NCBI GenBank assembly: GCA_964585685.1
Contig: CAZPEP010000039.1
Coordinates: 21,043-85,042, forward strand
Length of the DNA: 64,000 nucleotides
Reading direction: 5' to 3'
Source: an uncultured Eubacteriales bacterium
GTDB taxonomy: Bacteria; Acidobacteriota; Aminicenantia; Aminicenantales; Saccharicenantaceae
The notes beneath the pieces were generated by a model. That model made no database searches and had not been told where the DNA came from. It was given only the letters and a program-made list of their open reading frames with translations. Below, piece by piece: positions 1 through 9,409 of the stretch. The position numbers and the translations under genes were made by a program. The number at the start of each line of letters is the position of its first letter. Position 1 is the first letter of the stretch.

Positions 1-131
1 AACATCAAACTGGAAGCTGCTCTTTATATTGGCTTTATTAAGGACGGATTCAGGAGCTGGAGGGAAGGGTGCTCTCTGGCAAAAATGATAAGTAGAATCC
101 CTGGTCCGGGCACCGAGGAGAAGAGAGGCCG

Positions 132-1139
132 TCATGGCCTCCTTTCCTCGACTACGGGAGAGGCCTCTCTTCGGGTCAGCCGCCGAAAAAACCGACGTGG
201 CGCGCGGATCGATCGAAGGTCGAACGAAACGGCTTTCCCATAGAGATAAGCGGTCCCGCCGGAATCGATCCTAAGGGACAGCAGCCTCCGGACAACCTTT
301 CCCCCGGCCGGTCCGGAAGGTTGGCTATACGGTTGGTTTTCCTTCTCGTAATAACCTTCCGGGGGCCGGGCGACGATGCATTCGGGAGAGACCGCCTTGA
401 CCCGGCGGTCCAGATCCTCCCATTCCGGGGGGGAGAGAAGGCTGGCCCGCTTCCACTCCGCCGAATGATGGAAGGTCTCGTAAACGAAGCGGACCTCATG
501 ACTCACCGACCGGAATTCCTTCAGGCAGCGTTCCACCACCGAAGGGATTTCGTCCTTGTTTTCCTTCAGAGCCATCGTGCAGTATCGGAGCGGCGGGGCG
601 TCCGCCCGGAGGCTGAAGGCCCGGACGAGCCTCTGGAGATTGTCGAGGAACACCTCGAACCGGGCTCCACGCCGAAGCCGTTCGTACAGTTCGGGCCGGA
701 AGGAATCGACCGATATATTGATATAGTTCAGACCGCTTTCGGCCATTCTCCGAACCTGTTCGTCGTCCAGGGGAACGCAAAGATTGGTCGTGAAGAACGC
801 TTTTTTTCGGAACCGTTTCGGGATCATTTCCATCAGGTCGAGGAACCGGGGATGGATCAACGGCTCATAAAGGCAGGAAAGGAAGAACTTCCCGTCGGGA
901 ACGAGCGGCAGGAGGCGGAGAAGCTTACGGAAGGGACGACGCTCGATTGGCGCCTTCTGCGGAGTGTGGGCGAAGTCGTTGATGCAGAACGGACACCGCA
1001 GGTTGCAGTTGCCGGTGAGGTCGGCTGCGATGAATTCAAAAACCGGCTTCCCGACACGGATCCGCGCGATCCGCCGGAGGAAGCCCCTCTTGAGGGGGGA
1101 GAGCTTGATTCGGACGGCCTGGAACCGGGGCGCTTTCAT
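132..1139 (-). CDS. Radical SAM superfamily protein (no SPASM/twitch domain evident)
   Basis: CxxxCxxC motif GNCNLRCPFC, FFTTN and NISVDSF core motifs; AAGGA RBS upstream. Confidence 0.85.
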   Translation of the reverse strand: MKAPRFQAVRIKLSPLKRGFLRRIARIRVGKPVFEFIAADLTGNCNLRCPFCINDFAHTPQKAPIERRPFRKLLRLLPLVPDGKFFLSCLYEPLIHPRFLDLMEMIPKRFRKKAFFTTNLCVPLDDEQVRRMAESGLNYINISVDSFRPELYERLRRGARFEVFLDNLQRLVRAFSLRADAPPLRYCTMALKENKDEIPSVVERCLKEFRSVSHEVRFVYETFHHSAEWKRASLLSPPEWEDLDRRVKAVSPECIVARPPEGYYEKENQPYSQPSGPAGGKVVRRLLSLRIDSGGTAYLYGKAVSFDLRSIRAPRRFFRRLTRREASPVVEERRP

Positions 1140-1226
1140 ATCCTTTCGATTCTTCGGGGGGGGCCGGAAGAACGAGATGTTACCGCGAACGCGACAGGGA
1201 TCTCACCATCGAAGCCCCTTCCGGGA

Positions 1227-1255
1227 ATTATATCGGGATCGATCCTGATCATCAA
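1227..1255 (-). promoter_or_regulatory. Putative sigma70 promoter of the radical SAM gene
   Basis: Minus strand TTGATG-N17-TATAAT. Confidence 0.55.
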
Positions 1256-1297
1256 GGTCAATCCGGGGACGCATCGCTCGACCCCCGAACCCGGATT

Positions 1298-2422
1298 TCA
1301 GATGGCCTTCTGGAAGACGCGGTATTTCTTGTAGATCTTGCCCCCCATGCGCTCCATTTCGCCCCGGACCTTGGCGTTGGTCTCCATCTCGTGGTGGGTA
1401 TCCATGTACTCCTTGCCGGCCTTTAGAGCGGACTCGAGCATCTTGACGCCCATCATCACGTCCAGACCCATGCCCCTGTGCTTGTCCTTGACGGCGCCCA
1501 GCATGAGGTCGAGCTGTTTGGTCTTCTTGGAGGCCCTGAGGATGTACAGGATCCCGAAGGGAAAGAGCCGGCCCCGGGCCTTGCGGATGCCGGCCGTCAT
1601 GTCCGGCATGCCGATGACGAAAGCCACGGCCTCCCCGTCCTTCCGGACGATCTTGATGAAGCGGGGATCGAGGACGGGCATGTACTTCTTGGCCAGGTCG
1701 TCCATCTCCTTCTCGTCAAGGGGCGCGTAGCCGTAGATGTTGTTCTGCATGTAGCATTCGTTCATCAGGGACAGGATGGGCCGGATCCAGGGCTTGAGCT
1801 GCCTCTTGCTCGTGAATCCGACGACCTCGAAATTCCCCTTTTTTTGGGCCCGCTCGTAGATCCTCTTGTAGAACTCCGGGATCTCCTTGGGGACGTCGAT
1901 CTTGTAGACGAAATAATCGATGTCCTTGACGTACCCGGCGGCCTCGACGAACTTCGGCATCCACTCGAAATTGTAATAGCTGGCGATGGTCACCCCGTGC
2001 TCGAAGCCCTCGATCATGAAGCCCTCGGGGTCCTGATCGGAGAAGCCGTAAGGGCCGACGACGCGCGTCATCCCCTTGTCCCGGGCCCACGCCTCGATCC
2101 GACCGAGGAGCGCGTGAATGGTCTCCGGGTCCTCCCGGGTCTCCAGGAAGCCGAATCGGGCCGTTTTCTCGTTCCGATGCTGGTTGTAACGGTGGTTGAT
2201 GATCCCCATGACCCGGCCGACGCATTCGGTCCCGCGCCAGGCCAGGAGGAGGATGGTGTCGCAATAGGCGAACGCCTTGTTCTTGTCCTTGCGGAAATAA
2301 TTCCAGTCGTCCATGAGGATCGGATGCACCCACTTCGGGTGGTCCGCGTGGACCTTCTCAGGCAGGTAGATGAACGTCCGGAGGTCCTTTTTGTCTTGCA
2401 CTTCTCGAATGTCAACGCTCAT
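1298..2422 (-). CDS. GNAT-fold N-acetyltransferase-like protein (YghO-like)
   Basis: Family-typical segments GRVMGIINHRYN, ARFGFLE, VVGPYGFSDQDPEG, YYNFEWMP; start moved to MSVDIRE. Confidence 0.7.
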   Translation of the reverse strand: MSVDIREVQDKKDLRTFIYLPEKVHADHPKWVHPILMDDWNYFRKDKNKAFAYCDTILLLAWRGTECVGRVMGIINHRYNQHRNEKTARFGFLETREDPETIHALLGRIEAWARDKGMTRVVGPYGFSDQDPEGFMIEGFEHGVTIASYYNFEWMPKFVEAAGYVKDIDYFVYKIDVPKEIPEFYKRIYERAQKKGNFEVVGFTSKRQLKPWIRPILSLMNECYMQNNIYGYAPLDEKEMDDLAKKYMPVLDPRFIKIVRKDGEAVAFVIGMPDMTAGIRKARGRLFPFGILYILRASKKTKQLDLMLGAVKDKHRGMGLDVMMGVKMLESALKAGKEYMDTHHEMETNAKVRGEMERMGGKIYKKYRVFQKAI

Positions 2423-2549
2423 GTCATTTCCCTTCACGGAGGATGCCTCTGTTATCTAATAATATAGGACAAAAATCAACCCCCCGGGGCCAAGTGGAAA
2501 ACCCTGTGGAAATGCTGAGAAAAATCGGTGGACGGGATGTGAGTTTGCC

Positions 2550-2578
2550 TTGACTTTTCTGATTATGGTTAATATATT
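2550..2578 (+). promoter_or_regulatory. Sigma70 promoter of the hydrogenase operon
   Basis: TTGACT(2550-2555)-N17-TATATT(2573-2578); ATG at 2588 with no Shine-Dalgarno. Confidence 0.65.
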
Positions 2579-2587
2579 ACCAATCTC

Positions 2588-4018
2588 ATGAAAACCGAGA
2601 CGATCACCCTCCTAACGGTTCTTGTCCCGATCCTGGGGTCCCTGACCATTCCCCTCGCCGGCGCGATCTCCCGGGCGGCCCGGTCCGTCTGGTCGGTCAT
2701 CCTCGGCGCGGTCACGGTCGCACTGCCCATGACGCTCATCCCGTTCGCTTTGGGCGGGGGCGAGCTCGTTGCGCGGCACACGTTTGTCCTCGGGCTCGAC
2801 TTCGTCCTCGTTATCGACCCCCTGTCGGTCTTCATGTCCATCGTGTCCTCGTTCGTCGGCTTCCTCATCATCGTCTATTCCCTAGGCTACATCGGTCACG
2901 AAGAGAGCCAGAACGAATATTACCTGATGGTCGTCCTCTTCATCGGGTCGATGATGGGACTGGTGTTTTCCGGGAACCTGATCTTCATGTACCTGTTCTG
3001 GGAGATCATCGCCATCTGCTGCTGGCGGCTCATCGGCTTCTATCGGGTCCGGGAACACGTCCGTCGGGCCGACAAGGCGTTCCTTATGACCTTTTTCGGC
3101 GCGGTGGTCATGCTCCTCGGTTTCATCCTGATCTACAACCAGACCGGGACCTTCGACCTGACGCAGATGCGCGGCACGCTTATCTCCGGGACGGCCGTGG
3201 CCCTGATCCTCTTCGGCATGTTCTCCAAGTCCGCCACGATCCCGCTCCACACCTGGCTCCCGGACGCCGGCGTCGCCCCGACCACCGTCACGGCCCTCCT
3301 CCACGCCGCCGTGCTCGTCAAGATCGGCGTCTACGCGTACGCCCGCCTATTCCTGTACGCTTTTCAGGTCCCCGACGTCTGGCAGCAGATCATCCCCGTC
3401 ATCGCTGTCGTTTCGAGCCTCGTCGCGGCCGCCGCGGCGATCGTCGAGACCGACATCAAAAGGATCCTGGCTTACTCCACGGTCAGCCAGATCGGATACA
3501 TCTTCCTGGGATTCAGCATGGCCAACCCGGCCGGGATATCGGGTTCGCTCCTCTTCATCCTGATGCACGGGCTGGCCAAGGCCGGCCTCTTCCTCTGCGC
3601 CGGGATCGTCATCCACGCCACGCACAAGAGGGACATCCGGGAGATGGGCGGGCTCATCCGGACGATGCCGGTCACGGCGTTCTCCTTCCTGTTCTGCGCC
3701 TTCTCCGTCATCGGCATCCCGCCCTTCGGGGGCTTCTTCTCGAAGTTCCTGGTCATCATGGGGACGCTCAACGCCGGGCAGACATGGCTCGCCGCCACGG
3801 CCCTGTTCACGGCCGTCCTGACTATGGTGTACCTCCTCAAGGTCTTCAGCATGGTCTTTCTTGGCGAGGCCAAGGACCCGGCCCAGGAGAAGACGCCGGG
3901 CATGGTCGGGGTCGTCGCCCTGCTCGCAGGGCTATCCTTCGCGGCCGGGCTCCTCGTGGCCTACCCCATGAAACTCGTCAACATCGCGACAACTCACATC
4001 AGCTGGTGGCTCAAATGA
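2588..4018 (+). CDS. Antiporter-like membrane subunit 1 (MrpD/NuoL-M-N family) of energy-converting hydrogenase
   Basis: Multi-TM; FWEII, KSATIPLHTWLPDA, LHAAVLVKIG, DIKRILAYSTVSQIGY motifs. Confidence 0.9.
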   Translation: MKTETITLLTVLVPILGSLTIPLAGAISRAARSVWSVILGAVTVALPMTLIPFALGGGELVARHTFVLGLDFVLVIDPLSVFMSIVSSFVGFLIIVYSLGYIGHEESQNEYYLMVVLFIGSMMGLVFSGNLIFMYLFWEIIAICCWRLIGFYRVREHVRRADKAFLMTFFGAVVMLLGFILIYNQTGTFDLTQMRGTLISGTAVALILFGMFSKSATIPLHTWLPDAGVAPTTVTALLHAAVLVKIGVYAYARLFLYAFQVPDVWQQIIPVIAVVSSLVAAAAAIVETDIKRILAYSTVSQIGYIFLGFSMANPAGISGSLLFILMHGLAKAGLFLCAGIVIHATHKRDIREMGGLIRTMPVTAFSFLFCAFSVIGIPPFGGFFSKFLVIMGTLNAGQTWLAATALFTAVLTMVYLLKVFSMVFLGEAKDPAQEKTPGMVGVVALLAGLSFAAGLLVAYPMKLVNIATTHISWWLK

Positions 4019-5883
4019 CACCCAATATGCTCCTTTGGCCCATCCTCGTGCCGGCTTTGCTGGCGGCGGTCTTCCTGGCCCTGCCCTCGCGGGTCCGGCT
4101 CGTCCGCGAGGTCCTGGCGGTCGCCGGGTCCGCGGGCCTGCTCGTCCTCGGCTTCGCCCTCTTCGCCGCCAAGGACCTGACCCTGAGCCTGCCCTGGCTC
4201 GGCATGGGCATCGACTTCAACCTCCGGCTCTACCAGTTCTCGAGCTTCATCCTGCTGGCCCTCACCGGGTTCCTTTTCCTCATCGCCCTGTTCTCCACGG
4301 CGAAGATGAAGGACGACCCGAAGGCCCGGGAATATTACGGCTACGTCTTCCTGGCCGCGGCCATGGCCAACGGCGCCGTCCTGGCCGACAACTTCGTCCC
4401 CCTGGTCTTCTTCTGGGAGGGCCTCCTGGTGACGATCTACGGGCTGATCACGATCGGCCGCAAGGCGACGTCGAACCGGACGGCCGTCAAGGCCTTCGTC
4501 ATCAGCGGCCTCTGCGACTTCTGCATGATCCTGGGCATCGGCATCCTCTGGACGATCACCGGGACGCTGAAGATGTCCGCCATTTCGGTCCGGCCCGAGG
4601 GCATCGCCGTCCTCGCCTTCATCATGATGATGATCGGGGCCATCGGCAAGGCCGGGGCCATGCCGTTCCACACGTGGATCCCGGACGCCGCCGTCGACGC
4701 CCCGGTTGGCTTCATGGCATTCATGCCGGCCGCCTTCGAAAAGCTCCTGGGCATCTACCTCCTCGCCCGGATCACCCTCGACCTCTTCACGCTCGAGAAG
4801 GGGAGCGGCCTGTCCCTCGTCCTCATGGTCATCGGCGCCGCGACGATCGTCCTGGCCGTCATGATGGCCCTCGTCCAGAAGGATCTCAAGCGCCTGCTCT
4901 CCTACCATGCCGTCAGCCAGGTCGGCTACATGATCCTGGGCATCGGGACGGCCGTCCCCATCGGCATCGCCGGCGGGATCTTCCACATGATCAACCACGC
5001 CATGTATAAATGCGGGCTCTTCCTGAGCGCTGGCTCGGTCGAGCACCGGACCGGAACGACCGAGCTCAAGAAGCTCGGCGGGCTCGCCCGCCAGATGCCC
5101 TTGACGGCGGCCGGCTTCACCGTCTGCGCCCTGGCCATCTCGGGCGTCTGGCCGCTCAACGGGTTCGTCTCTAAAGAGATGGTCTTTCACGGGGCCCTCG
5201 AATCGGGTTCCGTCATCTTCGCCATCGCCGCCTGGGTCGGGGCCATCTTCACCTTCGCCTCCTTCCTCAAGGCCGGCCACGCGGTGTTCTTCGGGCCCCG
5301 CTCGAAAGAGGTCGCCGCAACGAAGGAAAGCCCCGCGACGATCGTCCTCCCCATCCTCGTCCTGGCAGCTCTGTGCATCACGTTCGGCGTCTTCAACAAG
5401 CTTCCGCTCGAAACCTTCATCCAGCCGATCCTCGCCGGCCACACTGAAGCCGGCACGACCCTCGACTTCACGTCCCACGCCCTGGCCGTCTTCAACCCGG
5501 TGGCCGGGATCTCCATCCTCTGCCTGCTCATCGCCTTCGGGCTCCACGCCTACGGTTGGAAAAAGGGCGGAAAGAACGCCTCCCTGGCCTCCGAGCCCGT
5601 CCACAAGTTCCCGGGTCTGCGGCAGGTGTACGACCTGGCCGAAGCCCGCGTCTTCGACCTCTACGAGCAGGGGGTCAAATTTATCCAGGGCCTGTCCTGG
5701 GTCCTGTTCAAGGGCGTCGACCGGCCCATCGACTTCTTCTTCGAGAAGGTCGTGACGTCCGTCGGCCGGGCGTTCAGCGGGATCATGAGCAAGGCCCACA
5801 ACGGCCAGTACGCCAATTACCTGGCCTGGTCGGTCGGCGGGCTCGTGGTCGTGGCATCGGTCATCGTGCTATTAATGAAATAG
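4015..5883 (+). CDS. Antiporter-like membrane subunit 2 (NuoL/MrpA-like, long C-terminus)
   Basis: GKAGAMPFHTWIPDA, DLKRLLSYHAVSQVGY; ATG at 4015 overlaps upstream TGA (ATGA coupling). Confidence 0.9.
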   Translation: MTPNMLLWPILVPALLAAVFLALPSRVRLVREVLAVAGSAGLLVLGFALFAAKDLTLSLPWLGMGIDFNLRLYQFSSFILLALTGFLFLIALFSTAKMKDDPKAREYYGYVFLAAAMANGAVLADNFVPLVFFWEGLLVTIYGLITIGRKATSNRTAVKAFVISGLCDFCMILGIGILWTITGTLKMSAISVRPEGIAVLAFIMMMIGAIGKAGAMPFHTWIPDAAVDAPVGFMAFMPAAFEKLLGIYLLARITLDLFTLEKGSGLSLVLMVIGAATIVLAVMMALVQKDLKRLLSYHAVSQVGYMILGIGTAVPIGIAGGIFHMINHAMYKCGLFLSAGSVEHRTGTTELKKLGGLARQMPLTAAGFTVCALAISGVWPLNGFVSKEMVFHGALESGSVIFAIAAWVGAIFTFASFLKAGHAVFFGPRSKEVAATKESPATIVLPILVLAALCITFGVFNKLPLETFIQPILAGHTEAGTTLDFTSHALAVFNPVAGISILCLLIAFGLHAYGWKKGGKNASLASEPVHKFPGLRQVYDLAEARVFDLYEQGVKFIQGLSWVLFKGVDRPIDFFFEKVVTSVGRAFSGIMSKAHNGQYANYLAWSVGGLVVVASVIVLLMK

Positions 5884-5895
5884 AGGAGAGGACCG

Positions 5896-7377
5896 TTGAT
5901 TTTTCTCTTCATCGCTTTGCCGCTCGTGGTCGCCGGGTTGCTGCCCCTGCTGGGCAAGATTTCCAAGCGGGTCCTGCCGGACGCGCTGGCCAACGCCGTC
6001 CTGCTCTTCCTGCTCGTCGAGTCGGTCCTCATGGGGAAACAGCTCGCCGCGAGCGGCCCCTACGTCCGGACGTTCTCCTGGCTGGGTGAGCCGGTCAACC
6101 TCCGCCTGGCCGTCGACGGGTTCAGCCTGTTCATGCTCTTCACCGTCGCTCTGGTCGGCCTGTGCGCGGGCATCTTCTCCATCGACTACATGAAGCATTA
6201 CGGGTCCAAGGCCAACTACTACGCCCTCTTCCTGGTCATGATCGCCGGGATGAACGGACTGGTGCTCTCGACCGACCTGTTCAACGTCTACATCTTCCTC
6301 GAAGTGGCGGCCGTGGCCTCTTACGCCCTGGTGGCCTTCGGACTCGAATACGACGAGCTCGAGGCGTCGTTCAAGTATCTCATGCTCTCGGTCGTCGCCT
6401 CGGCCTTCGTCCTCATCGCGATCACCGTCCTCTTCGGCGTCACCGGTGACGTGAGCTTCGCCGCCGTGGCCCGGGGGCTCCAGGACACGGACTCGAGGTG
6501 GGTCGTCGCCGCCTGCTCGGCGCTGTTCATCATGGGCTTCGGGCTCAAAGCGGCCATCATGCCCTTCCACGCCTGGCTTCCGGACGCCCACCCTTCGGCC
6601 CCGGCCCCCATCTCGGCCATGCTTTCGGGCCTCCTCATCAAGGTCTCGGGCGTCTACGCCCTGACCCGCGTCTTCTTCAACGTCTTCGGCATGACGCCCG
6701 CACTCTCGACCGTTCTCATGTCGCTCGCGACCCTGTCCATGGTCGCAGCGGCCTTCCTGGCCCTCGGGCAGAAGGACCTCAAGAGGATGCTGGCCTACTC
6801 ATCGATCAGCCAAGTGGGCTACATCGTCCTCGGCCTCGGCCTGGGGACACCGCTCGGGATCGCAGGGGGCCTATTCCACCTCATCAACCACGCCCTCGCT
6901 AAAAGCCTTCTGTTCTTGAACTCCGGCTCCGTCCAGCAGGCCACCGGCACGCGAAACCTCGACGAGATGGGCGGCCTGGCCAAGCGGATGCCGGTGACCG
7001 CGGCCGCGAACCTCGTCGGGTCGCTGTCCATCGCCGGCGTGCCGCCGCTCAACGGCTTCTGGAGCAAGCTCATCATCATCATCGCCCTCGTCCAGGCCGG
7101 CCAATGGGGCTTCGCCCTGGCCGCCGTCCTGGCCAGCGTCCTGACGCTCTGGTACTACCTGCTCATCCAACGCAAAGCTTTCTTCGGCAAGCTCGACGAG
7201 CGCTGGAAGGACATCAAAGAGGCTCCGTTCTGGATGCTGGCGTCCAACGTCATCCTCGCCCTCCTCTGCCTCGGCGTCGGCCTCTTCTTTGCCCTGATGA
7301 TCAAGACCTGGATCCAGCCGGCGGCGGACGCCCTGGGCCAGGGAGTCCAGTTAGCTCTCGGTTCCTGGGGAATGTGA
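5896..7377 (+). CDS. Antiporter-like membrane subunit 3 (MrpD/MbhH/NuoN-like)
   Basis: DLFNVYIFLEV, EASFKYL, GLKAAIMPFHAWLPDAH, DLKRMLAYSSISQVGY; TTG start with AGGAG RBS. Confidence 0.9.
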   Translation: MIFLFIALPLVVAGLLPLLGKISKRVLPDALANAVLLFLLVESVLMGKQLAASGPYVRTFSWLGEPVNLRLAVDGFSLFMLFTVALVGLCAGIFSIDYMKHYGSKANYYALFLVMIAGMNGLVLSTDLFNVYIFLEVAAVASYALVAFGLEYDELEASFKYLMLSVVASAFVLIAITVLFGVTGDVSFAAVARGLQDTDSRWVVAACSALFIMGFGLKAAIMPFHAWLPDAHPSAPAPISAMLSGLLIKVSGVYALTRVFFNVFGMTPALSTVLMSLATLSMVAAAFLALGQKDLKRMLAYSSISQVGYIVLGLGLGTPLGIAGGLFHLINHALAKSLLFLNSGSVQQATGTRNLDEMGGLAKRMPVTAAANLVGSLSIAGVPPLNGFWSKLIIIIALVQAGQWGFALAAVLASVLTLWYYLLIQRKAFFGKLDERWKDIKEAPFWMLASNVILALLCLGVGLFFALMIKTWIQPAADALGQGVQLALGSWGM

Positions 7378-7380
7378 ACC

Positions 7381-7863
7381 ATGGTCCTACAAATCATTCT
7401 GCTCGTCGGATTGGTCCTCTTCTCGGTCCTGGCCATCCTGGTCAAGGACCTTCTCCGGGCCGCGATCTCGCTCGCGGTGGCCAGCCTGCTGCTCGGTATC
7501 CTCTTCTTCCGTATGAACGCCCCCTACGCGGGCGTCTTCGAGATCTCGGTCGTGGCTGGCCTGATCACCGTCCTCTTCATGCTGACCATCGCCCTGACCA
7601 AGGGCGGGGCCGCGGCCGAATCCAAGGCGGCGGCGATCGCCTTCCCGGCCTTTTTCGTCGTCTTCGCTGCGATCGACATCCTCGTCATGCGCAAACTCCT
7701 CGCCCGGATCCCGGCCGTCATCGCCCCGGCGGAGGCCGGGACCTTCGGCCAGGTCCTCTGGAACGCGCGCACGCTGGACCTCGTCGGCCAGATCGCCGTC
7801 ATCTTCGCCGGCGTCTTCGCCGTCCTCGCCCTCTTCCGGAAAAGGAACGACAAAGATGAATGA
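7381..7863 (+). CDS. Small membrane subunit (NuoJ / MrpB-DUF4040-like)
   Basis: Hydrophobic 160 aa; APYAGVFEISV and RTLDLVGQ motifs; in operon. Confidence 0.75.
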   Translation: MVLQIILLVGLVLFSVLAILVKDLLRAAISLAVASLLLGILFFRMNAPYAGVFEISVVAGLITVLFMLTIALTKGGAAAESKAAAIAFPAFFVVFAAIDILVMRKLLARIPAVIAPAEAGTFGQVLWNARTLDLVGQIAVIFAGVFAVLALFRKRNDKDE

Positions 7864-8164
7864 CACCTGGATCCTATACATGCTCTTCGTGGCCGCCCTC
7901 CTGTTCGCAGGCATCTTCTGCCTGCTGACCATGAGGAACCTCATCAAGCTCTTTATCGGCATCGAGGTCGTCAGCAAGGCCGTGAGCCTGGCCCTCGTGG
8001 CCACCGGCGCCGCCCGCAACAGCATCCTGGCCGCCCAGGCCCTCGTCGTCACCTACATCGTCGTCGAGGTCAGCCTGGTCGCCACGGCCCTGGCCCTGAT
8101 CATCAATATTTACCGGAAGACCGGGAGCCTCGACATCCGGAAACTCGCGAAGCTGAAGGGTTGA
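7856..8164 (+). CDS. NuoK/MrpC-like membrane subunit
   Basis: RNLIKLFIGIEV, IVVEVSLVATALAL, IYRKTGSLD. Confidence 0.85.
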   Translation: MNDTWILYMLFVAALLFAGIFCLLTMRNLIKLFIGIEVVSKAVSLALVATGAARNSILAAQALVVTYIVVEVSLVATALALIINIYRKTGSLDIRKLAKLKG

Positions 8165-8167
8165 ACC

Positions 8168-8500
8168 ATGAAAGGTCTTGCATTCCTCTTGTCGCCCCCC
8201 GTGGCCTTCCTCCTCTTCCTCGGCGCCGCCGGCCTGCTGTTCGCCCTGGGCAAGGGCATGGCGCCCAAGCCCAGGAAGGTCGGGGGCAAGCTCGAAACGT
8301 ACGCCTGCGGCGAGAACATGCCGGGCTTCAAGATCCAGTTCGGCTACCGGCTCTTCTTCTTCGTCGCTCTGTTCTTCACCATGATGCACGTGGCGGCGCT
8401 CGTCATCGCCACCGTCCCCTCGGGGAAGATCGTCTTCTTCGCGATCGTCTATCTGGCCATGATCTTTCTCTCCATCATGGCGCTCGTGACAAGGAGTTGA
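8168..8500 (+). CDS. NuoA-like (MbhI-like) membrane subunit
   Basis: KLETYACGE loop between TM helices, typical of NuoA. Confidence 0.8.
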   Translation: MKGLAFLLSPPVAFLLFLGAAGLLFALGKGMAPKPRKVGGKLETYACGENMPGFKIQFGYRLFFFVALFFTMMHVAALVIATVPSGKIVFFAIVYLAMIFLSIMALVTRS

Positions 8501-8501
8501 C

Positions 8502-8921
8502 ATGCTCAATAGATTGGTGCGCTGGTCGCGGAAAAAATCGCCCTGGATCCTCCATCTCAATTCCGGCGCCTGCAATGCCTGCGACATCGAGATCGTCGCG
8601 GCCCTGACGCCTCGGTTCGACGTGGAGCGCCTCGGCGTCCTGCTCAAGGCCACCCCCCGGCACGCCGACGTCATCGTCTGCACCGGCCCCGTGACCCGCC
8701 AGATCAAGGACCGGATCATCCGCATCTACGAACAGGTCCCCGACCCGAAGTTCGTCGTGGCCGTCGGGGCGTGCGCCATGTCGGGCTGCGTCTACCGCGG
8801 AGCCTACAACGTCGAGGGGGGGATCGACCAGGTCATCCCCGTGGACGCCTACGTCCCCGGGTGCCCGGCCCGGCCGGACGCCATCCTGGACGGCGTCGTC
8901 AAGCTCCTGGGAAAACTCTAG
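8502..8921 (+). CDS. Group 4 hydrogenase small subunit (NuoB/MbhJ-like)
   Basis: GACNACDIE, TPRHADV, VGACAMSG, VPGCPARP: four Cys for a [4Fe-4S] cluster. Confidence 0.92.
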   Translation: MLNRLVRWSRKKSPWILHLNSGACNACDIEIVAALTPRFDVERLGVLLKATPRHADVIVCTGPVTRQIKDRIIRIYEQVPDPKFVVAVGACAMSGCVYRGAYNVEGGIDQVIPVDAYVPGCPARPDAILDGVVKLLGKL

Positions 8922-8935
8922 ACCTTGAGGTTGAT

Positions 8936-9409
8936 ATGAAAGACTCCGAGATCATAGAAAGGATCCAGGACCTCCTCGGCGGCCGTGTCCTCGCGATCGC
9001 GAACCCGTCGGAGAGAAGGATCTTCATGACGGTCGCGCCCGGGGACCTCCAGGATGCCGTCCGGACCCTCCGGGACGGCCTGGGATTCGCCTACCTGGTC
9101 ACGATCAGCGGCCTGGACAAGGGGCCCGCCTTCGAGCTCCTTTACCACTTCGCCAACGCCCAGACCTGCCTCACCGTCCGGACGGAGGTCCCCCGGTCCG
9201 AGCCCCGCGTCCCGGCCGTGACGCCGGTCATCCCCGGGGCCATCCTCTACGAACGAGAGATCCAGGACATGTTCGGCATCGTCGTTGAGGGCCTCTCCGA
9301 TCCGCGGCCCCTCCTCGTGCCCGACGACTGGCCGCCGGAGAACTACCCCCTCCGCAAGGACTGGAAATTCACACGGCCCGAAGAAAAGATCCCCGGAGGA
9401 AGGTCATGA
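8936..9409 (+). CDS. NuoC/MbhK-like subunit
   Basis: LVTISGLD, YEREIQDMFG, DWPPENYPLRKD; start moved to ATG 8936 (GAGG RBS). Confidence 0.88.
   Translation: MKDSEIIERIQDLLGGRVLAIANPSERRIFMTVAPGDLQDAVRTLRDGLGFAYLVTISGLDKGPAFELLYHFANAQTCLTVRTEVPRSEPRVPAVTPVIPGAILYEREIQDMFGIVVEGLSDPRPLLVPDDWPPENYPLRKDWKFTRPEEKIPGGRS

Noticed and set aside
1-131. 3' end of a gene or island edge at the window start
   Set aside because: It is too short to assign, and no frame gives a recognisable product.
2481-2540. TPP riboswitch (GGGG..CC...GCTGAGA)
   Set aside because: The downstream ACCC/AACCTGA elements are absent, and the site lies upstream of the predicted -35.
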